Source of the DNA: an uncultured Lachnospiraceae bacterium
GTDB taxonomy: Bacteria; Bacillota; Clostridia; Lachnospirales; Lachnospiraceae
Length of the DNA stretch: 64,000 nucleotides
Assembly (NCBI GenBank): GCA_910577275.1
Contig: CAJTMW010000002.1
Coordinates: forward strand, 70,148-134,147
Reading direction: 5' to 3'
How positions within the stretch are numbered: the stretch's first letter is position 1; each line of letters starts with the position of its first letter. Both the position numbers and the translations under genes were made by a program. This document shows, piece by piece, positions 9,490 to 18,329 of this stretch. A model generated the notes under the pieces. That model worked only from the letters and a program-made list of their open reading frames with translations, did no database searches and was not told where the DNA came from.

Positions 9490-10806
9490 ATGGAAGAAGT
9501 TTATGAAAAGGTTCTGATAGTGGGGGCGGACTTCGGTACGGACAGGGAAGCCTTCGAACGTTCCATGAAGGAAATGGAAAGCCTGGCAAAGGCCTGCTTT
9601 ATGGAGCCGGTTGGGGTGATTACCCAGAGAATGGAGAGCATGCATAAAGGGCTGTATATCGGACCCGGCAAGGTCGGCGAGGTTCGGGAGGCGGCCGGGC
9701 TTTTAGAGGCGGAGCTGGTGATTTTTGACGACTCCCTTACGCCCTCTCAGCTTCGGAATCTGCAAAAGGAGCTGGAAAAGCCGGTGATGGACAGAACGGC
9801 TCTTATTCTGGATATTTTTGAGAGAAGGGCGAGAACAAGGGAGGCCAGGCTGCAGGTGGAATCCGCAAAGCTGAAATACCTTCTGCCAAGGCTTGTGGGA
9901 ATGCACGGCGCCATGACAAGACAGGGCGGCACCAGCGGCAGCATGAGCAGCAGAGGCGCCGGGGAAAAGAAGCTTGAGCTTGACAGAAGAAGAATCGAGC
10001 ACAGGATTGCGGAGCTTTCAAGGGAGCTGAAAGCGGTTTCCAGAGAGCGGAAGGTGCAGCGGCAGAAAAGAGAAGGAGACAGAATTCCGCTGGTGGCGCT
10101 GGTGGGCTATACCAACGCGGGCAAATCCACGATTATGAACGCCATGCTTGACGCCTATATGCAGAGGGAAGAAAAGAAGGTACTGGAAAAGGATATGCTT
10201 TTTGCAACCCTTGACACCACCGTGCGGAGGATAAATACGGGGAATAACAAAGACTTTTTGCTGTCGGATACGGTGGGATTCATCCATAAGCTCCCCCACG
10301 ACCTGGTGGAAGCCTTTCATTCCACTTTGGAGGAGGTGGAAAACGCGGATTTGCTTCTTCATGTGGTGGACTATTCCGATTCCCATTACCGGGAACAGGC
10401 AAAAACCACAAGGGAAACTCTGCAGAAATTAAATGCCGGCGCCATTCCTGCAATTACGGTGTACAATAAGTCTGATAAATGCGGGGAAGAAGCTGTTTAT
10501 CCAAGGAGAGTAGGCGAGGATAAAATCTATATTTCCGCGAAGGACGAATCTTCCTTAAAAATGCTGACGGAGATGATTTTGGAGCGCGTTTACGAGGACT
10601 ATCTTTCGGCGGAGTTTCTGATACCTTATGATAAGGGACAGCTGATTTCGTATTTTTCGCAGAAGGCCCATGTCCTTAGCAGAAAGTATGAGGAGGAGGG
10701 AATACGGCTGAAGGTGAAATGCCATAAGGCGGATAAGGAGAAATATGCAAAATATCTGCGAACGCCGGAGCAGGAAAATGGCGTGGGTGGCATATCCCGG
10801 CGGTAA
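9490..10806 (+). CDS. hflX: GTPase HflX
   Basis: GYTNAGKST, LFATLDTT, DTVGFI, NKSD and REARLQVE motifs. Confidence 0.96.
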   Translation: MEEVYEKVLIVGADFGTDREAFERSMKEMESLAKACFMEPVGVITQRMESMHKGLYIGPGKVGEVREAAGLLEAELVIFDDSLTPSQLRNLQKELEKPVMDRTALILDIFERRARTREARLQVESAKLKYLLPRLVGMHGAMTRQGGTSGSMSSRGAGEKKLELDRRRIEHRIAELSRELKAVSRERKVQRQKREGDRIPLVALVGYTNAGKSTIMNAMLDAYMQREEKKVLEKDMLFATLDTTVRRINTGNNKDFLLSDTVGFIHKLPHDLVEAFHSTLEEVENADLLLHVVDYSDSHYREQAKTTRETLQKLNAGAIPAITVYNKSDKCGEEAVYPRRVGEDKIYISAKDESSLKMLTEMILERVYEDYLSAEFLIPYDKGQLISYFSQKAHVLSRKYEEEGIRLKVKCHKADKEKYAKYLRTPEQENGVGGISRR

Positions 10807-10870
10807 GCGCAGCAGGAAAATGGCGCGGGTGGCATATCCCGGCGGTAAGCACAGTAAGATAAAGGCGCGG
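10770..10870 (+). repeat. 42-bp tandem direct repeat (2 full copies plus a partial) across the hflX stop codon
   Basis: GCAGGAAAATGGCG(T/C)GGGTGGCATATCCCGGCGGTAAGC at 10770 and 10812; degenerate third copy starting at 10854. Confidence 0.85.
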
Positions 10871-10924
10871 CAAAGCCGTGCGTGTCAGCGTGTAAACGCG
10901 AAAAAATAAGAGGGATAAATCGGT

Positions 10925-11635
10925 ATGGAAAAGGAACGTTTAAATAAATATCTTGCTTCCTGCGGCATATGCTCCCGCAGGGAGGCTGACCGGCTCATAG
11001 AAAAGGGCCGTGTGCTGGTAAACGGTGAAAAGGCAGCAATGGGAATGCAGGTAAGCGACGACGATGAGATTACCGTGAATGGCAGGCCGGTTTGCGGGAA
11101 AAATAATAAGGTGGTGCTGGCATACTATAAGCCGTCCGGTGTGACCTGCACGGAGAAGGACAGATTTGCCGAAAAGACCATTGCCAGCCAGGTGAAATAT
11201 CCGGTTCGCGTCACATATGCCGGGAGGCTTGATAAGGATTCCGAAGGGCTTTTGCTGCTTTCCAACGACGGGGATTTGATTCATGCCATGATGCAGGGAA
11301 GCGCAGGACATGAAAAGGAATATACGGTTCGGGTGAACAGGGAAGTGACGGATGAATTCGTGGAAAAAATGCAGGCCGGAATTTATCTGTCGGAGCTTGA
11401 CATTACAACAAAGCCCTGTAAAATCAGAAAAACAGGAAGGACTACCTTTCAGATAATTTTAACGCAGGGCGTCAACAGACAAATTAAAAGAATGGTAAAA
11501 GAACTTGGATATCACGTGTTATTTATTAAAAGAGTCCGGGTGGTAAATATTCAGCTCGGGAGTCTTAAGCCGGGACAGTACCGTCCGCTCTCCGCGGAGG
11601 AGCGCGGGGAGCTGTACCGGATTGTGGGGGTATAG
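10925..11635 (+). CDS. rRNA pseudouridine synthase (RsuA/RluB/RluF family)
   Basis: S4 domain RLNKYLASCGICSRREAD; catalytic GRLDKDSEGLLL; G.NRQIKRM. Confidence 0.92.
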   Translation: MEKERLNKYLASCGICSRREADRLIEKGRVLVNGEKAAMGMQVSDDDEITVNGRPVCGKNNKVVLAYYKPSGVTCTEKDRFAEKTIASQVKYPVRVTYAGRLDKDSEGLLLLSNDGDLIHAMMQGSAGHEKEYTVRVNREVTDEFVEKMQAGIYLSELDITTKPCKIRKTGRTTFQIILTQGVNRQIKRMVKELGYHVLFIKRVRVVNIQLGSLKPGQYRPLSAEERGELYRIVGV

Positions 11636-11636
11636 A

Positions 11637-13598
11637 ATGGAAGATTATAAAATCAGATGCAAAGAGCTGGTGAGGCGGCTCAACGAGGCCTCGGAGGCAT
11701 ATTATAGCGGCGGGGAAGAAATCATGTCCAATTACGAATGGGACGCCATGTTCGACGAGCTTCTTTCGCTGGAAGCGGAGACGGGATACGTGCTGCCGGA
11801 CAGCCCCACCCAGAATACCGGCTATGAGGAGAATAACGGAGAGCGGGAGGCTCACGAGTTTCCGGCCCTTTCCCTGGCAAAGACAAAGCAGGTTTTCGAG
11901 CTGATAAAATGGGCGGAGGAAAGGGAGGTCTGGCTTTCCTGGAAGCTGGACGGCCTTACGCTGGTGCTCACCTATGACGGAGGAAAGCTTACCAGAATCC
12001 TCACCCGCGGAAACGGCGTGACCGGAACCAATATCACTTATCTGAAAAACTCCATAAAGGGCTTTCCGCTGAAAATCAAGTATAAAGGCCATCTGGTGGT
12101 TCGCGGGGAGGCGGTGATTTCCTATTCGGATTTTGCCCTGATTAACGATACCATTGAGGATGACGATGAAAAATACGCCAATCCCCGCAATCTGGCTTCC
12201 GGCACCCTGAGCCTTGACGATGCGGAAAAGGTGAAGGAGAGGCGGGTGCATTTCCATGCCTTTACGCTGGTTTATCTTGAGGATAACATCGTATCCTGGG
12301 GGGAGCGGATGGATTTCCTTGAAAGGGAAGGATTTACGGTGGTTGACAGGGAAAAGACGGACGCGGCGGGGATTGCCGATGTGGTGGAACGCTGGACAAA
12401 AAGGGTGGAGAACGGAGAGATGGATTTGCCGGTGGACGGTCTGGTTATCTGCTATGACGATACCGACTACGCCGCCTCGGGGAGCGTTACCGGACATCAT
12501 GCCGCAAAGGCCGGCTATGCCTTTAAATGGCAGGATGTGTCCGCCCTCTCAAAGCTTTTATATGTGGAATGGTCCTGCGCGGCGTCCACGATATCGCCGG
12601 TGGCCGTATTTGAACCCGTCCAGCTGGAGGGAACCACCGTATCCAGAGCGTCCCTCTGCAATATCAGCGAGATGGAGCGGCTGGGAATCGGAGAAACCTG
12701 CACTCTGGAAGTGATTAAGGCCAACAAAATTATTCCCAAGTGTATTGCGGTAAAGGAAGCCTCCGGCACCTTTACCATACCCGAAAAGTGCCCGGTCTGC
12801 GGCGCGCAGACGGAAATCCGCACGAGCCCGAAAAGCAAAACCAGAACCCTTCACTGTACGAACCCCGACTGCAGCGCAAAGCATGTGAAGAAATTCACCC
12901 GGTTTGTGAGTAAGACGGGAATGGATATCGACGGTCTTTCCATTCAGACCATGCTGAAATTTATGAACGAGGGATTTCTGAAAGAATTTCAGGATATCTA
13001 CCATCTTTCCGAGCATGCGGAGGAAATCAGGCAGATGGAAGGCTTTGGGGAAAAATCCTGTGAGAATATGATGAAGGCTATCGAAAAGAGCCGTCAGGCA
13101 AATCCGGTGAATTTCATTTACGCCCTGTGCATTCCCATGATGGGAATCGACGCGGGAAAGAAGATTATTGCCGACGGCGGCTTCGAGGGCTTTTTAGAGC
13201 GCCTTGAACAGAAAAAGGGCTTCGAGGACATCGACGGCATCGGCCCCGAAAAATCCGGTTCCGCCCTTTTGTGGTATGAAAACGACAAAAACCGGCTCTC
13301 CCTTGAAGCCCTTTTAAAAGAGGTTACAATCGAAAAGATAGCAGGAAAGCCGGACGTTGGGGGAAAATGCGCGGGACTGACCTTCGTTATCACCGGCGAG
13401 GTTCATCATTATAAAAACAGAGACGAATTCAAGGCCTATGTGGAAGCCTCAGGCGGAAAGGTGACGGGAAGCGTTACCTCAAAGACCAGCTATCTGGTGA
13501 ATAACGACACCGCTTCCGCATCCTCCAAGAACCGGAAGGCAAAGGAGCTTGGAATTCCCATTATCTCCGAGGAGGAATTTTTAAGCCGTTTCGGCTGA
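11637..13598 (+). CDS. ligA: NAD-dependent DNA ligase
   Basis: KLDG adenylation motif, TRGNG, RGE, ANPRN, Cys4 zinc finger (CPVC..CTNPDC), HhH repeats and a C-terminal BRCT domain. Confidence 0.95.
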   Translation: MEDYKIRCKELVRRLNEASEAYYSGGEEIMSNYEWDAMFDELLSLEAETGYVLPDSPTQNTGYEENNGEREAHEFPALSLAKTKQVFELIKWAEEREVWLSWKLDGLTLVLTYDGGKLTRILTRGNGVTGTNITYLKNSIKGFPLKIKYKGHLVVRGEAVISYSDFALINDTIEDDDEKYANPRNLASGTLSLDDAEKVKERRVHFHAFTLVYLEDNIVSWGERMDFLEREGFTVVDREKTDAAGIADVVERWTKRVENGEMDLPVDGLVICYDDTDYAASGSVTGHHAAKAGYAFKWQDVSALSKLLYVEWSCAASTISPVAVFEPVQLEGTTVSRASLCNISEMERLGIGETCTLEVIKANKIIPKCIAVKEASGTFTIPEKCPVCGAQTEIRTSPKSKTRTLHCTNPDCSAKHVKKFTRFVSKTGMDIDGLSIQTMLKFMNEGFLKEFQDIYHLSEHAEEIRQMEGFGEKSCENMMKAIEKSRQANPVNFIYALCIPMMGIDAGKKIIADGGFEGFLERLEQKKGFEDIDGIGPEKSGSALLWYENDKNRLSLEALLKEVTIEKIAGKPDVGGKCAGLTFVITGEVHHYKNRDEFKAYVEASGGKVTGSVTSKTSYLVNNDTASASSKNRKAKELGIPIISEEEFLSRFG

Positions 13599-13626
13599 GC
13601 TGTTTCGGCTGAGCTGTTTTGGCTGA
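13585..13626 (+). repeat. 14-bp tandem repeat x3 containing the ligA stop codon
   Basis: GCCGTTTCGGCTGA / GCTGTTTCGGCTGA / GCTGTTTTGGCTGA. Confidence 0.85.
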
Positions 13627-13656
13627 GCCGCTTGCTTCGGGTGAGGGGATTTTTCC

Positions 13657-13681
13657 CTCGCGGTATTCGTTAAATGGACGC
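13657..13681. repeat. partial copy of dispersed repeat family A
   Basis: CTCGCGGTATTCGTTAAATGGACGC versus CTCGCGGCATTCGTCAAATGGATGC at 4870. Confidence 0.55.
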
Positions 13682-13767
13682 AAGCAGTCGTCTGGCTCGT
13701 TGACTGCCTAAGGGCGGATACCGAATAATCGATATAGATAAAAAGAAACAGAAATGAGGACAGAAAC

Positions 13768-14673
13768 ATGCCAATCAAAGTACAAAGCGATTTGCCGGCA
13801 AAGGAAATTCTGGAAAATGAAAATATATTTGTGATGGACGAATACCGGGCCCTGCATCAGGATATCCGTTCACTGGAAATCTGCATTTTAAACCTGATGC
13901 CCATAAAGGAGGATACAGAACTGCAGCTTGCCCGCGTACTCTCAAATACGCCCCTCCAGATTGACGTGACCTTCATGAAGATGAACAGCCACGTTTCCCT
14001 GAATACGCCCATTCAGCATCTAAACAGATTTTACAATACCTTCGATGAATTGAAGCACAGGAAGTTTGACGGGCTTATAATCACCGGCGCGCCGGTGGAG
14101 CAGATTCCCTTCGAGGAGGTGGACTACTGGGAGGAGCTGTGCGAAATTATGGAGTGGACGAAAAGCCACGTTACCTCCACGCTCCACATCTGCTGGGGGG
14201 CGCAGGCGGGGCTCTACTACCATTTCGGGATTAAGAAAGTGCTTCTTGCCCAAAAGCTTTTCGGCGTTTTTAAACATCGGGTGATGAACCGTAAGATTCC
14301 CCTTGTCAGGGGCTTTGACGATTATTTCATGATACCCCACAGCAGGCATACGGCGGTAAACAGCGAGGATATCCATAACAACAAAGAGCTGATTGTCCTG
14401 GCCGAGTCGGAGAAAGCGGGCGTGCTTCTGTGCATGACGAAAAACGGAGAGCAGATTTTTGTGACAGGCCACCCGGAATACGACAGATACACCCTCCACA
14501 ATGAATATATGAGGGATAAAAATAAGGGGCTGCCCATTGCGCTCCCTGAAAATTATTACCCCGATGACGATGATACCCGAAAGCCGGATTTACAGTGGCG
14601 TTCTCACAGCAATAACCTGTATTCCAACTGGCTCAATTATTACGTGTATCAGGCGACGGCGTATGAGTTGTGA
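13768..14673 (+). CDS. metA: homoserine O-acetyltransferase (MetA family)
   Basis: LNLMP, ICWGAQA, PHSRH and GHPEY motifs. ITGAPVE carries Glu at the specificity position, indicating acetyl rather than succinyl transfer. Confidence 0.94.
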   Translation: MPIKVQSDLPAKEILENENIFVMDEYRALHQDIRSLEICILNLMPIKEDTELQLARVLSNTPLQIDVTFMKMNSHVSLNTPIQHLNRFYNTFDELKHRKFDGLIITGAPVEQIPFEEVDYWEELCEIMEWTKSHVTSTLHICWGAQAGLYYHFGIKKVLLAQKLFGVFKHRVMNRKIPLVRGFDDYFMIPHSRHTAVNSEDIHNNKELIVLAESEKAGVLLCMTKNGEQIFVTGHPEYDRYTLHNEYMRDKNKGLPIALPENYYPDDDDTRKPDLQWRSHSNNLYSNWLNYYVYQATAYEL

Positions 14674-14779
14674 GAAAACGGTGGGGAATCTGAAAACAGG
14701 TTCCCGGCTCTGTTTTACCAATTAAAATATACACTGACTGAAATCGATAAGAGACCGGAAAGAAAGGGAACCACAGGAT

Positions 14780-14839
14780 ATGGGACGTTATCTTAATGTA
14801 ACGACAAAAGGCTTTCAGCTTATTATAACAGTGAAGTAG
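14780..14839 (+). pseudogene. possible decayed 5' remnant of an AAA-ATPase/PD-(D/E)XK family gene
   Basis: RBS-like GAAAGGGA, then MGRYLNVTTKGFQLI with NSEV in a shifted frame. Resembles the MGxYLN..GF...NSE.YVDK start of this family (cf. MGSYVNRGNGSF at 47494). Confidence 0.35.
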
Positions 14840-14845
14840 AACAAA

Positions 14846-14865
14846 GGGGCTGAATAAACAGCCCC
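14846..14865. terminator. hairpin terminator between convergent transcription units
   Basis: GGGGCTG-AATAAA-CAGCCCC, flanked by A-rich sequence. Confidence 0.55.
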
Positions 14866-14882
14866 GACACAAAACCGAAAAA

Positions 14883-15302
14883 TCAACATTTATTCAATCC
14901 AAGCCTTTCCCATTCTTCGCACTTCCTGCGTATCGGCTCCGGAAATTCAATATCCACCTCATCATACAGCCGCTGCGCCTGATTCACACGGGCAAACAAA
15001 ACCGTCACGATGCAATCCTCACGGTTGATAAATTTATCTTCATTTAATATGAAAATAATACCATTTTTCGTCACACAATGCAGTTCAATACCATCTTCAT
15101 GGTTTTTATCAACCCGGAAAATCCTGTCAAATGGCGCCTGTCTGCCATCTGTTTTATTATATTTGAGGGCTTTGTCAAACCGTGCGGCTCGTTTGGCAGA
15201 AGCATGAGTTGTAAAATCATAGGTTTTTATCAGTATATAAATATCAATATCCTCATCAAAAAGTTCCACACTCTTAAAATTTGAATTTTCTTTAATGTTC
15301 AT
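14883..15302 (-). CDS. hypothetical protein, AT-rich, possibly phage-derived / BECR-RNase-like
   Basis: 139 aa ORF with GAGGAGG RBS; FTTHASAKR and IVTVL motifs; visibly more AT-rich than its neighbours. Confidence 0.7.
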   Translation of the reverse strand: MNIKENSNFKSVELFDEDIDIYILIKTYDFTTHASAKRAARFDKALKYNKTDGRQAPFDRIFRVDKNHEDGIELHCVTKNGIIFILNEDKFINREDCIVTVLFARVNQAQRLYDEVDIEFPEPIRRKCEEWERLGLNKC

Positions 15303-15615
15303 AGAATGGTCCTCCTCACCGCTAACTAAAAATTCAATCCTGTTGCTCCGCCATCGTTTTTGCAGGGCATCTGGAATTTGCTTATTTTATTATATCATGT
15401 ACTGTTTATTTTTCCTACCCTGTAAAAGAATTTGAGTTTCCTCATTTTATTACTTCAGGGAAAATTGATTTCCGAAATATTACCGTCAGCCCTATATACA
15501 GACGAGCTTTCATACCGTATACTGAAACAGGGTGTGTGCCCCTGTCACGTAGCGGTGTCTGTCCGGCAGGCTGCGGCGGTCTGGTGAGGTTTAAAGCGGG
15601 TGAAAGAAAGGAAAA

Positions 15616-16404
15616 ATGAATTTGATTGCAGTATTTTCAGGACTTTTGTGGCTGATTCGATTTGCCATGGGAGCCTGTGTATTCAGCTTTTTCAATGTAG
15701 TGATATATCGTCTCCCGAAAGGGGAGAGTGTGGTGCGGGGGCGGAGCTATTGTCCCTCCTGCGGAAAGGCTCTGACGGCGAAAGAGCTGATTCCCTGCGT
15801 CAGTTATCTGATACAGGGGAGAAAATGCCGCGGGTGCGGCGGGCGGATTTCAGTCAGGTATTTTCTTGTGGAGTTTGCGGGAGGTATTTTCTTTAACTTC
15901 TGCGGTTCTTATTTTGGATACGGAGCGTGGGGGCTTTTGTCCTTAAAGGGGATTTTTGCATTTCTCTACCTTGGGATTTTAACCATGGTAGCGTTTATCG
16001 ACCGGGATACAAGGATTATTTATAATCGTTTTCATATAATGATTGGATTGCTTGGGCTGACCGCCCTGCGGCTGTTTCCCGGGCGTGGTATTTGGGACAG
16101 GCTAATCGGAGCTGCGGCGGTATCGGTGCCGATGCTGCTTCTTGCGCTTGTCATTGAGGGAGCCTTTGGCGGCGGGGATATCAAGCTGATGGCGGTAAGC
16201 GGCTTTCTGCTTGGATGGAAGGCCGTTCTGGCGGCGATGTTTATCGGGCTTTTGGCAGGCGGGGGTTACTGCGTGTGGATGCTTGCCGGAAAGAAGCTTT
16301 CCCGTAAGGATGCTTTTGCCTTCGGGCCTTTTCTTGCGCTGGGGCTTGGCATTGCGTTTTTCTGGGGGGATTTGCTGGTACTGTGGTATCTGTCCATTTT
16401 GTGA
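15616..16404 (+). CDS. prepilin peptidase (A24, PilD/ComC-like)
   Basis: SFFNVVIYRLP, RSYCPSC and GRKCRGC zinc motifs; aspartate motifs FID and GGGDIKL; AFGPFL. Confidence 0.92.
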   Translation: MNLIAVFSGLLWLIRFAMGACVFSFFNVVIYRLPKGESVVRGRSYCPSCGKALTAKELIPCVSYLIQGRKCRGCGGRISVRYFLVEFAGGIFFNFCGSYFGYGAWGLLSLKGIFAFLYLGILTMVAFIDRDTRIIYNRFHIMIGLLGLTALRLFPGRGIWDRLIGAAAVSVPMLLLALVIEGAFGGGDIKLMAVSGFLLGWKAVLAAMFIGLLAGGGYCVWMLAGKKLSRKDAFAFGPFLALGLGIAFFWGDLLVLWYLSIL

Positions 16405-16490
16405 CGGGCGAATTTTTTGGGGGAGCTGGGAGGATTGTTTTTTACAGCAGATTTTTGATTTGCGGCGGGTAGCGTGGACGGAAAAAATCG

Positions 16491-16552
16491 TTGCCCCCGG
16501 GCTTTTGATATGGTATGATTACACCGTATTGTATCTCGGAAAGAGAATAATA
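16491..16552 (+). promoter_or_regulatory. sigmaA promoter and 5' leader hairpin of the panT-coaX-coaBC operon
   Basis: TTGCCC-N17-TATGAT with extended TG; hairpin TATTGTATCTC-GGAAA-GAGAATAATA just before the AGGAGG RBS. Confidence 0.5.
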
Positions 16553-16569
16553 ACAGGAGGAACCGCACC

Positions 16570-17391
16570 ATGAAAAATGAAAGAACCTATGAGCTTGTGC
16601 TCACGGCACTGTTTACGGCTATTATTGTGATAATGGCATTCACCCCCCTGGGGTATATTCCGCTGGTGGTAATCAACGCAACGGTAATCCATATTCCCGT
16701 TATCCTTGGAGCCTTGTTTTTAGGACCGAAAAAGGGGGCGTTTCTGGGATTTGTCTTTGGCCTGACAAGCCTGATTAACAACACCTTTAAGGCGGCTACG
16801 GCGTCGGCCTTTGTCTTTTCACCGGTTCTGGCGGCAAATGTCATCGGCGTATCCGGCGTTTTCAAGAGTCTTTATATCTGCTTCGTGCCGAGAATTTTAG
16901 TCGGAGTCATTCCCTGGTTTGTGTACATCCTGATTCGCAGGCTGCTGAAAAGCGAACAGAAAGTATGGCGTATCCTGATTAACGCGGCGATATCGGTTAT
17001 CTTTTTATTTTCGGTTAAAGCGTTTGTGGATAATCTGACAAAGGGGAATGGAAGCGGCATGGCGGGAACTTTGGCAGGAATTATTACGGGCGTTATTTTA
17101 TTTATTTTCCTGACGGCGACCGCATGGAAAAAGACCTCCGCAAGCATTGCCCTTGCCTATGCGGGAGTGACGGGGGCGTTTACCAATACCCTGTTTGTCA
17201 TGAGCGGTATTTATATTCTGTATAAGGACGCCTATGCGCAGGCGCTGGGGATTGCCGGAGATACGGTAATCGACGTTATCATGGGAATTGTCAGCTTTAA
17301 CGGAATTGTGGAGGCAGCGGTGGCGGCAATTCTGATTGCGGGCGTGGGACTGGCCCTTATGCAGGTAAAGCCTGTGAAGGAATGGAAGTGA
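16570..17391 (+). CDS. panT: ECF transporter S component, pantothenate-specific (PanT-like)
   Basis: MAFTPLGYIP, TVIHIPVILGA, FVFSP, VPRILVG and NTLFV motifs; first gene of a CoA operon. Confidence 0.8.
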   Translation: MKNERTYELVLTALFTAIIVIMAFTPLGYIPLVVINATVIHIPVILGALFLGPKKGAFLGFVFGLTSLINNTFKAATASAFVFSPVLAANVIGVSGVFKSLYICFVPRILVGVIPWFVYILIRRLLKSEQKVWRILINAAISVIFLFSVKAFVDNLTKGNGSGMAGTLAGIITGVILFIFLTATAWKKTSASIALAYAGVTGAFTNTLFVMSGIYILYKDAYAQALGIAGDTVIDVIMGIVSFNGIVEAAVAAILIAGVGLALMQVKPVKEWK

Positions 17392-17479
17392 GAAAAGCCG
17401 GACAGAGACTGTCATATCAGATAGAAGAAAAATATTGAAAGTAAAAGTAGTGAGAGAAAGAAGGAAACGGGGAGAAACA

Positions 17480-18256
17480 ATGATTCTTGCACTGGATATT
17501 GGAAATACGAATATAGTAATCGGATGCATGGAAAAGGACAGGGCGTACTTTGTGGAGAGGGTGTCCACCAACAGCTCCAAAACGGAGCTTGAGTACGTGG
17601 TGGACTTTAAGACGCTGCTGGATTTGTATCAGATTAAGATGGAGAACATCACAGGATGTATTGTCGCTTCGGTGGTGCCCCCGCTGAATAATATTGTGAC
17701 GGCGGCGCTCAAAAAGCTTTTGCATGTGTCGCCTCTTTTGGTGGGACCGGGAATTAAAACAGGATTAAATATTTTAATGGATAATCCCGGACAGCTTGGC
17801 TCTGATTTGGTGGTAAACGCGGTGGCAGGGCTTCATTATTACGGCGCGCCTATTATCATGATTGATATGGGAACAGCTACTACCATCAGCGTGGTTGACA
17901 ACAGGAAAAACTATATCGGCGGCATGATTCTGCCGGGCGTTAGGGTATCGCTGGATTCTCTGGTAAACCGCACCTCCCAGCTTCCGAGAATCAGTCTGGA
18001 AGCGCCGAAGAAAATCATCGGGAAAAATACCATAGACTGTATGAAAAGCGGTATTATCATGGGACAGGCGTCCTGTATTGACGGCATGATTGAGCGTATC
18101 TGGGACGAGCTGGGATATCAGGCGCAGGTGGTTGCCACCGGCGGGCTGGCCGGGTGCATCGTGCCCTACTGTAAGAAGAAGATTGTCCATGACGACGAGC
18201 TGACCTTAAAGGGACTGGAAATTATTTACCGGAAAAATACAGAGTCGATTGAATAG
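17480..18256 (+). CDS. coaX: type III pantothenate kinase
   Basis: LDIGNTN, ASVVP, LGSD, IDMGTATT, GGMILPG and ATGG motifs; RBS GGGGAG before the ATG at 17480. Confidence 0.94.
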   Translation: MILALDIGNTNIVIGCMEKDRAYFVERVSTNSSKTELEYVVDFKTLLDLYQIKMENITGCIVASVVPPLNNIVTAALKKLLHVSPLLVGPGIKTGLNILMDNPGQLGSDLVVNAVAGLHYYGAPIIMIDMGTATTISVVDNRKNYIGGMILPGVRVSLDSLVNRTSQLPRISLEAPKKIIGKNTIDCMKSGIIMGQASCIDGMIERIWDELGYQAQVVATGGLAGCIVPYCKKKIVHDDELTLKGLEIIYRKNTESIE

Positions 18257-18329
18257 ACGGCTTTGCGCAAAAGGACGCCGGAAAAAGCGGCGGGCTTAAA
18301 AACAGGGCGGAGGCAGAACAGGAGCAGGG

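Noticed and set aside
15616..16404. Type IV pilus/competence cluster at the prepilin peptidase
   Set aside because: No pilins or assembly ATPase adjacent; stand-alone peptidases are common.
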